A DNA stretch of 63,469 nt, filler included, from Octopus bimaculoides (Eukaryota), in the NCBI RefSeq assembly GCF_001194135.2. It is 5 parts of 5 records of this genome, joined end to end, with 100 filler letters (N's around TTAATTAATTAA, not from the genome) between each part and the next. Parts side by side here need not be neighbours in the genome. Positions count along the whole stretch, not along the records: positions 1 to 23,803 come from NC_068983.1; 4 more parts are not named here. The stretch is one strand, 5' to 3'. This document shows, in pieces, positions 1-12,518 of the stretch. Under the pieces are notes generated by a model, which worked only from the letters and a program-made list of their open reading frames with translations, was not told the DNA's origin and did not search any database. The first letter of the stretch is position 1; the number at the start of each line of letters is the position of its first letter. The position numbers and the translations under genes were made by a program.

Positions 1-216
1 TATATATATGTATGCACATACGTGCGTATGTATGTATGCATGTACGTATGTATTTATTTATTTATGTGTTTCAGCCAAGTGGCTGCGGTCATGCTGGTGC
101 ACCACCGTGAAGAATGTATGTACGTACGTACGTACGTATGTATGTATGTATGTACGTATGTATGTATGTATGTATGTATGTATGTATGTATGTGTGTAGG
201 TAGGTAGGTAGGTAAG
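1..216. repeat. (TATG)n / (TAGG)n microsatellite
   Basis: Directly visible tandem tatg and tagg units; source of the MYVC-type ORFs. Confidence 0.95.
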
Positions 217-480
217 TACGTTCTCTTTAGCCTTTTAATTTTGAGTAAATCTTGACCAGCCACTTACATGTTAGCAAGGTTGTGAAAACAGCTTTTTGTA
301 ACCGTCACCCTTTACATCTCACGAAGATCTTTCAGATTTTTTTATTGTCCCGGATATCGTGATCATTTGTAACATATAAATTAAGGATTTGCATGCTCTC
401 CCCAAGATCTCAAGATTAACCATACTTTACTCCAGAGAGGTTGTTATGTATCCTGTTGTTCCAATAGTAATATGTGCGAC

Positions 481-582
481 CGTATGTATGTATGTATGTA
501 TGTATGTATGTATGTATGTGTGTATGTATGTGTATGTATGTATGTATGTATGTATGTATGTATGTGTGTGTATGTATGTATG
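481..582. repeat. (TATG)n microsatellite
   Basis: Directly visible. Confidence 0.95.
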
Positions 583-583
583 T

Positions 584-850
584 CACTTGTTTCAATCATT
601 AGGTTGCGTCGACTCAAGTACTTATATTTTTAAGCTTGGTTCTTATCCTATCAACCCACACATCACAGACTAGCGAAGTTACGGAGACGTGAACAAGCCA
701 ACACTAGTTGTTAAACAGTAGTGGGGAACAGATACAAACACCAAGACATACACACATACGCACACGCACACACACGCGCACGCGCGCACACACACACATA
801 TACACACACACACACATAATACGGCTTCTTTTGGTTTCCTGGCTTTGGAA
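584..850 (-). mobile_element. Degenerate copy of the abundant tRNA-derived SINE (family A)
   Basis: Resembles the reverse complement of the 6069-6480 copy (cacttgtttcaatcatt..., aagttacggagacgtgaac..., acggcttctttt). Confidence 0.6.
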
Positions 851-1260
851 TTATTCAAGGAAACTAGCTGGATCTGTCTCAAACAATATCAGATGTCCAT
901 TCTGAGATATCTTCTTAGCTTATTTTTGTTTAGATATATACACGCTTCTGCAAAAACGAAAATGTATCGATTCGATTAAAAAAAAACAAAAACAAAAATA
1001 AACAAACAAAAAATAAACAAACAAAAAAACCCTCAACTCAATAGATTCAGAAAAGAATCTGTTACTAAACATCGTTTTTAAACGGTACATAATAAATCTT
1101 TTGAAATACACACGCACACGTCCACACGTGACAGAGGATTATGAAAGTGACTCATGGGCCAAGATTTTCGTTCATGGTACATGATAAACAATTCAAGTGT
1201 CACGCATGAAACACTCAGGCCTTGAGTCACTTCAGTAATTTTCTACCAATTACGATTTAC

Positions 1261-1308
<48 letters not shown>

Positions 1309-1559
1309 CATGGACACCCCCGTCGTTAGATGACGCATTGGGGTTCGACCTTTTTGGCTGTATGGACGTGTTTTTTGCGCTCGTAAGTTTTGCTATTTTT
1401 GTAACACAAACGAGTATAATTTTATTTTGAACATTTGGAGTCAATTAAACTGAACCTGCTTGACGGGGAAAGTTTTTCTTTTACTAAAAGAAATTCCGCC
1501 TTTATGGGGCGAATCTTAAGTTCATAGTGTATTGGCATATTTGTTTATATTTTTCAAGC

Positions 1560-3573
1560 ATGGCCTACAGACATGAAGGGGGGCTACGCTCCGCCAAACT
1601 GAAATATATGAAGCAACCTTCCCTCTTCTTCTGCATTACGTAAACGAAGTGGGGAACGAAGGACTTACAGTCGAAAGCACACTGACATTTTCCAACGCTA
1701 CCACAACCAGGAATACAATTGTAAATCTCAAAGAAAATGATATTAAACCTAACAGTCGCGGTTTCGCAGCTGTAGCTAAAGTATAACAAGAGCAACTAAA
1801 TATAAATCTTGAAGATTTGAAAATGTTAAAAAATCTAATTGAGAAAAGCAGCACAAGTACCTCTTTAACACCCCTAGTATAATCTCAGAGCTCACCTCGC
1901 GACGAACCGTAATTTATTAAACGCTATCACTAAAAGACAAAAAGAAATTGACCACATACCAAAGGAACTAATCGAAAAATGTTTGCAGCCTATCTGGAAT
2001 AAAATTAAGTACGTAACTAGAGGGAAAAAATATGGCACCGTGGAAGCAATGTTCGAGTCGGAAGACGAAGTCAAACTACACTCAACAATGCCCCTATAAA
2101 TGGACAACTACTACTCTTGTCGATGTACATCGGACGGCGAGTTTAAAAAATAAAGATTGGAGAGGTACCCCACGAGATTGGCGATCGTCATACTTGATAA
2201 CGAGGAAAACATCGATATACTACAAAGAAATAAACTATACCAACAAAACCTGTGTGGACAGGGTCTGGAGCTTGTATTCGAGACAAATCAACAGGCCCTT
2301 GAAACTATTCCAGGCATAATCCATTTGCCTGAAGGAGCAAAATTGCACGCAACGGTGGAGGGGCGAAAACTGAGGTGTTATCTCAGTGAGCAGAGGGACT
2401 ACCTCAAAGTCCTTTGCCCACTGAGAACAAACGTGACTCCACAACAGCACTTACAACAACAAACGCAGGTTGCATCAAAAGCAACTCCACCCCCCACCAC
2501 CACCCAAAGCAGCAACGACTGTACAGTGTGCAGAGAAAACATCAACAGTCACAAGAACGGCAACGAAGATCACCACAGATGCAGCAACAGTAGGATTAGC
2601 AGCAGCACCATTCACATTGGAAGGGACGCCATCTGTAGCAGCAGTCAAGGATACCCGAAAAGCATCACTAAGAAACTACAGACCGACACCAGCAGCACGA
2701 AAGGGAAAAGACCATTTCGACAAACAACCCACCTGTTCTACCCCTTTCCGAGTCTTACCCAGAAACTGCCATAGAAGCAAACAATGAGTGGTGAGAATTC
2801 CCCGAAAGGAAAAAAAAACGCATAAAAGATAACATCCCAGAACTTCCCCATAATACAGACACACGACCACCAACTAAAACACCCACATTACCAACACTAC
2901 CAAGATCCTACTAAGATAGAATATTCATTAGGTTCGGTGATAAATCTAGCGTTAGTTGTCCACAATTTCAGATCGTCAGCTATACGGATCACAACTTTGT
3001 GATTTGTAAGCTTGACTTAGATAGATTTTGTAGACAGAGCCACGGTTACTGGAAGCTAAACATGTCACTCCTGGTGTGCAAAGCCTATAGTGATCGGAAT
3101 GGAGGATTAGTGAAACGGGCGTTAACAGGAGCCATCATCAATAACAACTGGTGGTACGCCCTAAAAAGAGCCATTAAATTAGAGTCACGTAGATATAGCA
3201 AAGTTTTAGCATTAGAAAAAAAAAAGGAATAGAAAGGGACTTAGCACACTAGAAGAGGCACTAAAATCTGGCAATGATTCAAACGTGGCAGTGAGATTGG
3301 CCCTCGAACAACACTTCAATGCTAAGCACGAATGTTGCATTGTCAGAGCTAAGTTACGTGCTATGAGACAAGCGGGAATGAACGCTGCGAGATGAGCCCG
3401 TGTAGTAGAGACGAGAATAGATGCATGGTTAACGAATCCGACAAAATGTGTAAGGTCCTTCACCAGCATTTTGCTCAGCTGTTCGGAACGAGCTGTGGTC
3501 CAGATCACGGGATGGACTTCTCGGACCTCCTGGTTCGTTTGCCGGACTCTCAGCGCAGGAGGCGGAGTGCAAT
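1560..3573 (+). mobile_element. Tx1/L1-clade non-LTR retrotransposon fragment (ORF1 plus internally deleted ORF2)
   Basis: ORF 2157-2774 has IIHLPEGAKLHATVEGRKLRCYLSEQRDYLKVLCP, a degenerate CCHC knuckle typical of Tx1 ORF1. At about 2960-3100 is YTDHNFV...GYWKLNMSLL, the end of the APE endonuclease plus the L1/Tx1 GYWKLN motif. The linker region has CIVRAKLR and HQHFAQLF. No RT core is present. Confidence 0.7.
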
Positions 3574-3635
3574 GAATCGAAACCACGATTTTGCAGCCGT
3601 GAGTGCAACATCCTAACCACTTAGCCATGCGCCTC
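3574..3635 (-). mobile_element. tRNA-derived SINE head (Pol III A and B boxes)
   Basis: The minus strand reads gaggcgcaTGGCTAAGTGGttagg...GGTTTCGATTC, similar to the head of the 59966-60267 SINE. Confidence 0.6.
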
Positions 3636-4293
3636 AATGCACACACGCACGCACGCACACACACATACACACGCATATGCACCCCCACACATACACACAT
3701 GTATTGAGTTCTGTTTGACCTGTTCTACTAATCATATGTATATATATATATATGTACGTACACGCACGCACAAGCATACACTTACGCGCGCGCACACACT
3801 CACACGCACGCACACACTATCAGATATATAAGTACATATGTGTATGTAATATCTCTGTATTAATATAAAAGCTGTAGAAAACAAATTGCTATAAACTCGT
3901 TACTCATTTATCCAGACACACACACACAAGCACACACATACAAACATAAAAGACGCAACACAAACTCCCGCCTCAATGCATGCACATGTTCACGCACGTA
4001 CATTTATAGAATAGCAGTCGAGTATTCTGTCAAGGTGACCTCGACAACGTTTCAATAAATTCTCAAATGTTTAGTGGATATTTGACACGTCTCTGCCTGT
4101 ATGAAAGCATATGCGTGTATGTGTGGATGTGCATGCGAGAGAGAGAGAGAGAGAGAGAGGGGGAGGCAGTGAGCGGAAGTAGAGGAGGAGGGAAGAGAGA
4201 GAGAGGGGGTAGTGAGGGGAAGTAGAGGAGGAGGGAAGAGAGAGAGAGAGAGAGAGAGAGGGTATGTGTGCATGTGGGAAGGAGAGAAGTGGA

Positions 4294-4324
<31 letters not shown>

Positions 4325-4325
4325 C
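3636..4325. repeat. Cluster of (CA)n, (GA)n and (TG)n microsatellites
   Basis: Directly visible. Confidence 0.9.
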
Positions 4326-4623
4326 CTGTGTACGTATCGGCAGCCTTTCAAAGCCGATGTAACTAGCAAATAATCGCTGCATGAGATAACCTAATTTCTC
4401 GAGCTCTCTGACATCGAAAAATTTAGTCCAACTCTGGTTCTTATCTATAGTGTTCTCTTGTGGACACACCGAACTAACAAACAGGCTGCAAATGTCAAGA
4501 TGCCAATATAGGACGTGGGAACGCTAGTTGTTTTGATTGGGGGTAGTATTTCTTAGAAAAATCATGATTTAACTTTGGAGAAATATCTATACATGAAACA
4601 CATTCTCGAAAAAAAATCTTTAT

Positions 4624-5110
4624 CGGTGGTTCTCAACTGGCGTCCATATGGCCCCCGAGGGTCCATAAATGATTTTTAGGGGACCACAAAACAAAATAGT
4701 AAATTGGGGATCTACAGTAGTATTTTAAGGGCTCCTGAAAAAAATTTGCTTTAGATGTATGTATTGGTTTGTATTGCAAGAAACAGCGAGGTTTCTTTCT
4801 TTATCATTTTACATAATTCAACCTACGCAAGTTAACTATCCAGGGAGCAATAAACATGACCGACGATGTGCCAAGATCTAATATAGTTTCATTAAATAAG
4901 TCCTCGTCTTTTTAGTAATTTCAAGAATTGATTAACACAGGGCTCACTAATCCACAAAAATCCCCACACATATCGAATATAAAGTGTATGTTGGATGGGA
5001 TACTATACTGCAGTGTTTCTCAATCATTTTTTCACCTATAGACCACTTTGATTCCTAATTTTCTTATATGAACCCTCAAAACCATTCTATGCTTAACTAG
5101 ATACTATTAA
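4624..5110. mobile_element. hAT-type MITE fragments
   Basis: Two hAT-like terminal motifs: cggtggttctcaac at about 4624 and cagtgtttctcaatc at about 5010. No TSD was resolved. Confidence 0.4.
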
Positions 5111-5145
5111 ATTTTTATAATTCAATATTTTAAAATTCATTTATT

Positions 5146-5310
5146 CTTTTATTTGTTTCAGTCATTTGACTGCAGCCATGCTGGAGTACCGCCTTTTAGT
5201 CGTAGAAATAGACCCCAGGACTTATTCTTTGTAAGCCTGGTATTTATTCTAACGGTATTTAGTCCAGACCGCCAAGTTACGGGGACGTAAACACACCAAC
5301 ATCATTTGTC
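5146..5310 (-). mobile_element. SINE family A, 3' part only
   Basis: ttgtttcagtcatttgactgcagccatgctggag...ggggacgtaaacacacc is the reverse complement of the 3' half of 6069-6480. Confidence 0.85.
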
Positions 5311-5800
5311 CACTAGGTGATTATCGGTGCAGCACTGCACCCTGTATATATATATTGCCGGCAGGAGAGCGAACCCCTACCATCCTCCTGCAGATGACAA
5401 GATCGCGAGACCGATTCGATTTCGAGCTAGTTTGCTCATTCTCAGTCGCGAACACTTGGTCGCCAGAGAAATGGTCAGAGTCCGCTCCAGCTAGCAAAAT
5501 ATTGTAAACAAAGCGACCGTCGGTCACTGATTTGCAGCAAGCAAAGTAGCTAGTTTTAAAATCTCCATAAGACATGAGAGTAGTAACTATACTAACAAGT
5601 AAAGTTAACCCCCATATCAGTGTCACTGTTCATGTTACTAACAGTTTAACCCCAGGCAGATCTTCCGCCAGCTGGTTATCGGTGCAGCATTGCACCCTGT
5701 CCATATATATTGCCAGCAGGGGAGTGAACTCTTTACCAGTTGGCGGAAGTTCTGCTTGGGGTTAAACTAGTAGTAACATGGAACAGCCACATTGATGTGG
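5311..5800. repeat. Unclassified element with a ~62-bp direct repeat and a ~65-bp inverted repeat
   Basis: 5321-5382 is similar to 5676-5738 (direct). 5612-5676 is similar to the reverse complement of 5735-5800. Confidence 0.75.
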
Positions 5801-6068
5801 TCAGAAATTAGGCTATTTTTAAAATACTAACACTATGTGTATGAAGTATTTTGGTTGGATTTGTATTTAGTTCAGATGGGATCTGAAACGCTGTTAATAG
5901 CACCCTGAAGTGGCAGCAATTAACACCAAAATGCACACCAAGATGCAAAATTTTGCAGTGTGCACGAAATTTCAGCAGAAACATGTATGTGCAGAAATAG
6001 AAAGATGTGATTGACTGCAGAATAAAACTGGATATATAAATCTCTGTTCTCATTATTCATTTAATATA

Positions 6069-6480
6069 GGCGTAGGAGTGGCTGTGTGGTAAGTAGCTTG
6101 CTTACCAACCACATGGTCCCGGGTTCAGTCCCTCTGCGTGGCATCTTGGGCAAGTGTCTTCTACTATAGCCTCGGGCCGACCAAAGCCTTGTGAGTGGAT
6201 TTGGTAGACGGAAACTGAAAGAAGCCCGTCGTATATATATATATATGTATGTATGTATGTGTTTGTGTGTCTGTGTTTGTCCCCCCAACATCGCTTGACG
6301 ACCGATGCTGGTGTGTTTATGTCCCCGTAACTTTGCGGTTCGGCAAAAGAGACCGATAGAATAAGTACTAGGCTTCTAAAGAATAAGTCCTGGGGTCGAT
6401 TTGCTCGACTAAAGGCGGTGCTCCAGCATGGCCGCAGTTAAAAGACTGAAACAAGTAAAAGAGTAAAAGAGTAAAAGAGT
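6069..6480 (+). mobile_element. Full-length tRNA-derived SINE family A (CORE-like)
   Basis: Head ggcgtaggagTGGCTGTGTGG...GGGTTCAGTCCC, a CORE-like cttgggcaagtgtctt, an internal (TA)n/(TG)n tract and a (GTAAAAGA)n tail. More than 10 related copies occur in the window. The CORE assignment is from memory of the motif. Confidence 0.9.
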
Positions 6481-6518
6481 GTGTGTCTGTGTGTATGTAT
6501 TTACACACACGCACACAC

Positions 6519-6561
<43 letters not shown>

Positions 6562-6589
6562 GCACACACAATAATATCACTCTCCCTTT

Positions 6590-7860
6590 CTCCTCCTTTT
6601 GTACGACTACATCTAAAATCCAGCTACCCTTCTATTGTCTTTCAGCATAGGTGAGCGACTTTGGCAGGGGCGTGTATTATAACGTCTTCTTTTCACAAAA
6701 TTTATGAACTGGATTGAAATGCGTTGCTGTTGTAGAATTTGTATCACAATCGGTGAATATAGGATCAGTCGATTGATATTTATACACGACATGGTGCTAC
6801 TTCGCTCATCATAAGGTGATCTCCAGTATACACTGAATGAGTTCGTTGCTGATAGATGCAAAGTAGGGATGAGAATTAGTGTAGCGAATTGGTGTAGCGG
6901 ACCTTATTGGTCTTCTCGAGAAAGTCTTCCCTGTGCACACTCTATCAGAAAATACATAATCCAGTGCAGCAATTTGCCACAGACTCCAGTATTGGATGGT
7001 TTTATATTCTCAAAATGTCATCGACTCTGTCGAAGGCCTTGCTGAAGTCATGATATGCAACATCTGTGTTTGAGTCTTCTATTTAAAGCTTTAAAATGTC
7101 GTCAAAGTGATACAGGAGTTGTTAAGCAGTCTCTGTAGGAAGTTATTTTTTATTTTTTATTTTCATCGTTCTTTCGCATATTTTGGTGATATGAATGGTA
7201 AGTAAGAGCGAACAAAATTAACAGTGACTTGTTTGGTTCTCTGAAGATTAGGGTGATAGACTGGAATAAAAAGTGTTTCAGTATGTAACTTTAGTCTTGT
7301 AATTATCTTCTGAAATTAGTTTGTGGAGATGCAATTTGGCGTTGACAATCTTTCGGGACACCAGCAAGGAATCTACCAGAGCCTGCTGCAGAGTAATGTT
7401 TAATTTCAATTATTGTTGTGATAATGTCTAAAGAGCCGAAAGTAATGTCGGAGATGATACGTTGGCAGCGGACGTCATTCATCCGAATTCAACTTCAGTG
7501 ACTTAATTGAAGACAGGGAAGTATTACTCCTATTGAATTTTTACCGTATTTTCGGCGACATTATGGAGAGTGTTATTATTACTTACCATAAGTATTGAAG
7601 CGGCGGCCCTGTATTTGTTGGAAAATGTGCAGAACAATTTTGGGTTGTTTTTCTGTAGCCTTTTGATTGTTAATGTAAGTTTAGATGTTCTTCAAATGAT
7701 AGCTTTATGATCGAATTTTTTTTATTGCTGTCCATTGTGGCTACAGATGGCGGTAATAGTTCTTTTGCTTTATCTTTAAATTTTCCTTATGTGCGACTTT
7801 TTTCTTTCTAATGCTGATAAATTTTGCTTGACTATGTTTAACCATGCATTTGTGACACTA
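6590..7860 (-). mobile_element. Degenerate CR1/L2-type LINE reverse transcriptase
   Basis: The minus strand at 7021-7064 encodes DVAYHDFSKAFDRVD (CR1 consensus D.YLDFSKAFD.V), followed by GVCGKLLHWIMYFL. Many stops and frameshifts. Confidence 0.65.
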
Positions 7861-8759
7861 GGTTTAAACTTGTACTAAACTGCTTCACTGTCACTGGAAC
7901 TGGTATTCTATATATTGTAGCAGTGAGACTTGACTAGCATGTGGTGGCCGGATGCCTCCCACTGATGGTCTCCCACCGAAGGAAATCCCATGATATGGAA
8001 GTTCCGACGACCATAACAGACGATTCTAGTCTGCTACAATCTATGTGTATGTTTATGTATCAAGCGCCTATACGAGAGGATCGCTCAAGGCTAATAGCAC
8101 AGTTTTTTTTTGTTCTAACAAGGCAGCCATGTTAAGTTGAATATAAAAATTACTTTTGGTAGCAATGCTGCTTCCAACGCTAATAATACTTTAATACATA
8201 CGGATTCAAATATATATGAGCACGTCTAGACATGCAATTATATGCATGAGAATACATACATAAGACAAAACATACAGCTCTAAACATATACATACATAAA
8301 TACACACACACACACACACACACACANNNNNNNNNNNNNNNNNNNNNNNNNNNNNNNNNNNNNNNNNNNNNNNNNNNNNNNNNNNNNNNNNNNNNNNNNN
8401 NNNNNNNNNNNNNNNNNNNNNNNNNNNNNNNNNNNNNNNNNNNNNNNNNNNNNNNNNNNNNNNNNNNNNNNNNNNNNNNNNNNNNNNNNNNNNNNNNNNN
8501 NTATATATATATATATGTATATGATCAGATAGAAAGGAGAAAAGCTCCCTGTACAGAACAAGTTAGCGCTCTAATTGATAGAGCAATATGGAATATAAAG
8601 ATTAATTAAAACATAACAGATTTCAGGAGTCAGAATTCATTTCGTCAGAATATTTCTCAACATCGGAATGCTTCATAAAAATATATGTAAATATAAATAT
8701 GTAGATACAATATAAATATAAAGCATAAATATACTCGCATGACGTCGTATGAGATTGTA

Positions 8760-10040
8760 CAGGGGCTGGAGAAAATAATTGAAGCACATTAAGATATCAA
8801 GCAAATTTATTCTAATATGGGGTAGGACCGCCTTTGACAGTAATTACAGTTTGAATTCTACAAGGTATGGACTCGTACAAAGTTTGAATCGTTTCCAAAG
8901 GAATCTTTGTCCATTCTTCAGCTAAAGCAGTCTCCAGTTCTTGTAGTGATGATGGTGGAGAATATCGACTCCTTACTTGTTTTTATAAAATGCACCATAA
9001 ATGTTCAATAATATTGAGATCTGGGGACTGTGGTGGCCAGATAAGATGTTCGATTTCACTAGAACGTTCCTCGTACCATTCAATAACAACTTTAGCTGTG
9101 TGAATTGGTGCATTATCATCCTGAAAGATTGCATTTCCCTCCGGAAACAGTTCCGCAACCATAGGATGAATTTGATCAGATAAAATGCTTAAATAGTCTT
9201 GACTATTAATTTTACTANNNNNNNNNNNNNNNNNNNNNNNNNNNNNNNNNNTTCCATGATATACGCCCCACCCCCAGATCATCACAGATTTTCCTCCATG
9301 TTTAACAGTTGGAAGAAGACGGTCTGGTTCAAATGCTTCTTTTGGTTGTCTCCACACGTATACTCGACCGGTGGTCGGAAATAAGGTAAAGGATGATTCG
9401 CTCGAGAAAATAACATTCTTCCATTGCTCTAGGGACCAATTCTGTAGGTTTTTACTCCACTCTAAACACTTTGCAACGTTTTTGAAAGTAGTGGTTTTCT
9501 GATTGCAGCACTCCCATGAAATCCGGCTTTGTGCAGCTCCTAGCAAACAGTTTTTGTGGAAACTGGGTTCTCGTGGTGGTCATTAAGCTCTGCAGTAATT
9601 TTGGGAGCAGTACTTTTGTGATCCTGCCTAACAATTCACGTAGAGACCGACGGTCCCTATCTGAAAGTTTTGGTTTTCTTCCGGAGTTTTGTTTCGACGA
9701 GGAGGTTATTTTTCGTCTTTCTCAAAGGCTGTCATTACTTTCAAGACAGTACCTCTTGATACACCAAGCATTTCGGCTGTCTTCGTTACGCTAGCGCCTG
9801 CCATACGAGCACCAACAATTTCACCACTTTGAAAGTCCGATAGTTCTTTCATTTTAATGAATTTTAATTACCTTTTTCTGATGATATCTTAAAAGAAACA
9901 GCAATTTTAGCAAAACATATAAAACAACACTAATAATAAATCAAAAGACATAAAATAAATAAGCTTTTGACGGTTTGATAGATATTTCAAAATTATGATG
10001 TTATGATGCTAGGTGTTTCCATTTTTTTGTCCAATCCTTG
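8760..10040 (-). mobile_element. Tc1 (DD34E-type) transposon, near full length, inactivated
   Basis: Flanked by TA. Imperfect TIRs: caggggctggagaaaataattgaagcac versus caaggattggacaaaaaaatggaaacac. The transposase begins near 9852 (LSDFQSGEIVGAR...GVSRGTV) and includes VKHGG.SVMIWG, FQDDNAPIH and WPPQSPDLNIIEHLW. Frameshifted. Confidence 0.92.
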
Positions 10041-10785
10041 TATGTCCGTGTCAGGAATCGATGAGAAAATTATTATGCATGCATGGTCAATGTTGCATTA
10101 ATCGAAATTATCAAATGGGTGGTTCAAAATGATTTTAAAAGAAATTCTTAGATAAATCCAGGGAAGATTCAAATTCTTACAGCCGTTTCAAGAACATGTA
10201 TGAAATGGGTGAACTATTTCCATCCATCTCAATTATATACATTTCTTTCTTCAGAGATGACTTGAAAGGATTTAAAAGATTAAAAAAAAATTTTTTATAT
10301 TTTAAGTTTGGAGCGAAAGGGCATGCTGTTCAGGCGCATAAAATAAAATAAATGCTGAATTTTAGTGCTTAAATTGACTGCAAAATTCTTAGCAGTGATA
10401 CTTTAAGATGAATTCAAAATATAATAAGGGCTGAAAGTTAAAACTATATACACTCTGATCATTTATGGAGAAAAAACTTTGAAAGTTGAGAAGTATTCAT
10501 GTAAACCCCCCCTCAGAACATACGAGATCTTGCTAAGTAATAATTTTTTTATTGCTACGTAGTATGTTAATTGATTCTTTTGTGCACAATCTGCACATTC
10601 TTGTATGTGTGTTGTTTGGAGTAATTTCCGTGATAATTGACCAATTAAGTTGTTTGTTTTTTTTGTTTCGCATTTTAAGTCATTAATAGTGCAGATGAAA
10701 TTTTTTCGTCCTGATTTATAAGCGAATTTGTTTGTCCCCTATACCTAGTTTTAAAATCAATCTTGCTGCCTATATATATATTTTT

Positions 10786-11688
10786 CTAGGATTCTTTGAG
10801 GGTCATAACCTCACATTTATACACTACTTTTCTCCTCAAACAAAAACCCCTTAATGTACATGAATCCCGGGAATGACAGGTTTTATTTACAGGTTTCGCC
10901 TTTGTGTTCTCAATTTCTATATTATTATCCGTATTGCTGTCAGCTACAGTAGCGTCTCTATCAATAATATTGTTTCTAAGCTTAAGCTTATTATTCCCCT
11001 CGATTATAGAACCCAAGTTAGGCGTAGTCGAATACGATAATTTTGCACTAGACCTATTAAAAGTAGGATTATGTTATGATCTAAGGGGAAATTTTTATTA
11101 ATAATTTAAAAACATAACTAGGGGAGATTTCTGACTTCAAGAGAAAAAGGGATAATAGAGGGATAAACCATATGATTTCCCATTTTCTTGAGGATTTATC
11201 CCTAATCTACCTATTATCTCTTGGGTTCCTTATAAAATTATAATTAAAGGAATTACGATATCTTCCATATCCGTGGTGAACCTGATGTTCGGGAAGATCA
11301 TTCACGTACGTAGTATCAGCTAAATTAGGAAATATTCACGTACGCAGTTGTAGCTAAATTCAGCTAAATTCAGCTAAATTAGGGAAAAGTCTGTCCAATT
11401 TATTTTTAGACAATGTAATCCTTATGTAATAGATTTTATTGAAGCAATTATTCCTCAACGCTATGTTATAAAGGGAAACATTATTGTTAAAAATATTTTC
11501 ATTTGCCGATTAACCCCCATTCGCCGATTAACCCCATTAGTAACTTTGGGGATGATTAGACATAGTATGGGTGTACTGAATAGTTCTATTGGGCTTATGA
11601 AAAGGATAACATAAGCCATTATTTAGGTTAAGAGCTACATCCAGAAAATTGACTACTTTAGAGATATTTTCAACAATTACATCTAGGT
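10786..11688 (-). mobile_element. Penelope-like element, 3' part (RT thumb to start of GIY-YIG)
   Basis: Encodes VNFLDVALNL..G.CYPFHKPN...SNHP, then IIWF, KLSYSTTPNLGSII and KTCHSRDSCTLRGFCLRRKVVYKCEV (the PLE CNCR..CPL.G.CL...VVY motif). Interrupted at about 11320-11540 by a tandem-motif insert. Confidence 0.82.
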
Positions 11689-12452
11689 GCTTGATTCCCA
11701 ACGTGGTGCACATGCCCCACCGGTGGGGCATGGTGATAATTTGGTTGGGCATGGTAATATTTTGGTGAGGCATGTGTAAGGTTATGTTGAATTTATACCT
11801 CTTGTACTCAATGTTTACTATACCAATAGAGAAAGTGGGTAATCCGAGAAAGAGTAATTAAAAAAATAAATTATTTACATCATTTCTGTAGACAATTTTA
11901 TCAAATTTTCGACACATTAGAGACAACATGTTGTTTTCCATCCTCACAAGATCTGATATCGCTAAAGATAGAAAAGATTTATTTCCTTCAGTATGTGAAA
12001 ACATGTAGGTAATTACCAACGCCTATGTGTGTGCTTGTGTGTGTGTGTATGTGTGTGTATGTGTGTGTGTGCGCGCGCACGTGTATGCATGCTTGTATGC
12101 ACTATAGAACTGGTCAGTACTGAAAGCAATGCAATCTTAATTCCCTATGGAGAAATAAACTGGAGACAGACTTATGTGTGCGGGTGTGTCTAAGAGTAGT
12201 AACTCTTTTATCTCTGGTGACAAAAATCTAGGTACACAAGAAAAATATGGCGCTGCAGAGTGTTGATGGGGCAATAAATGGATGAAAGAATTGAATGGTG
12301 TGGAATGGGTTGAAATGGAGGGGAAGTAAGGGGTAGCGTCAGTGAAAGAAGAGCAAGAGACGGATAGAGATAAATAGATAGATAGAGATTTATGGTACTG
12401 GTAACGCGCGCACACACACACACACATACACACATACATACATAATAATACA

Positions 12453-12518
<66 letters not shown>

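Noticed and set aside
1258-3700. Tx1 element specifically targeting (CA)n
   Set aside because: The downstream (CA)n flanks the SINE head rather than the LINE, and the LINE's 3' end is missing.
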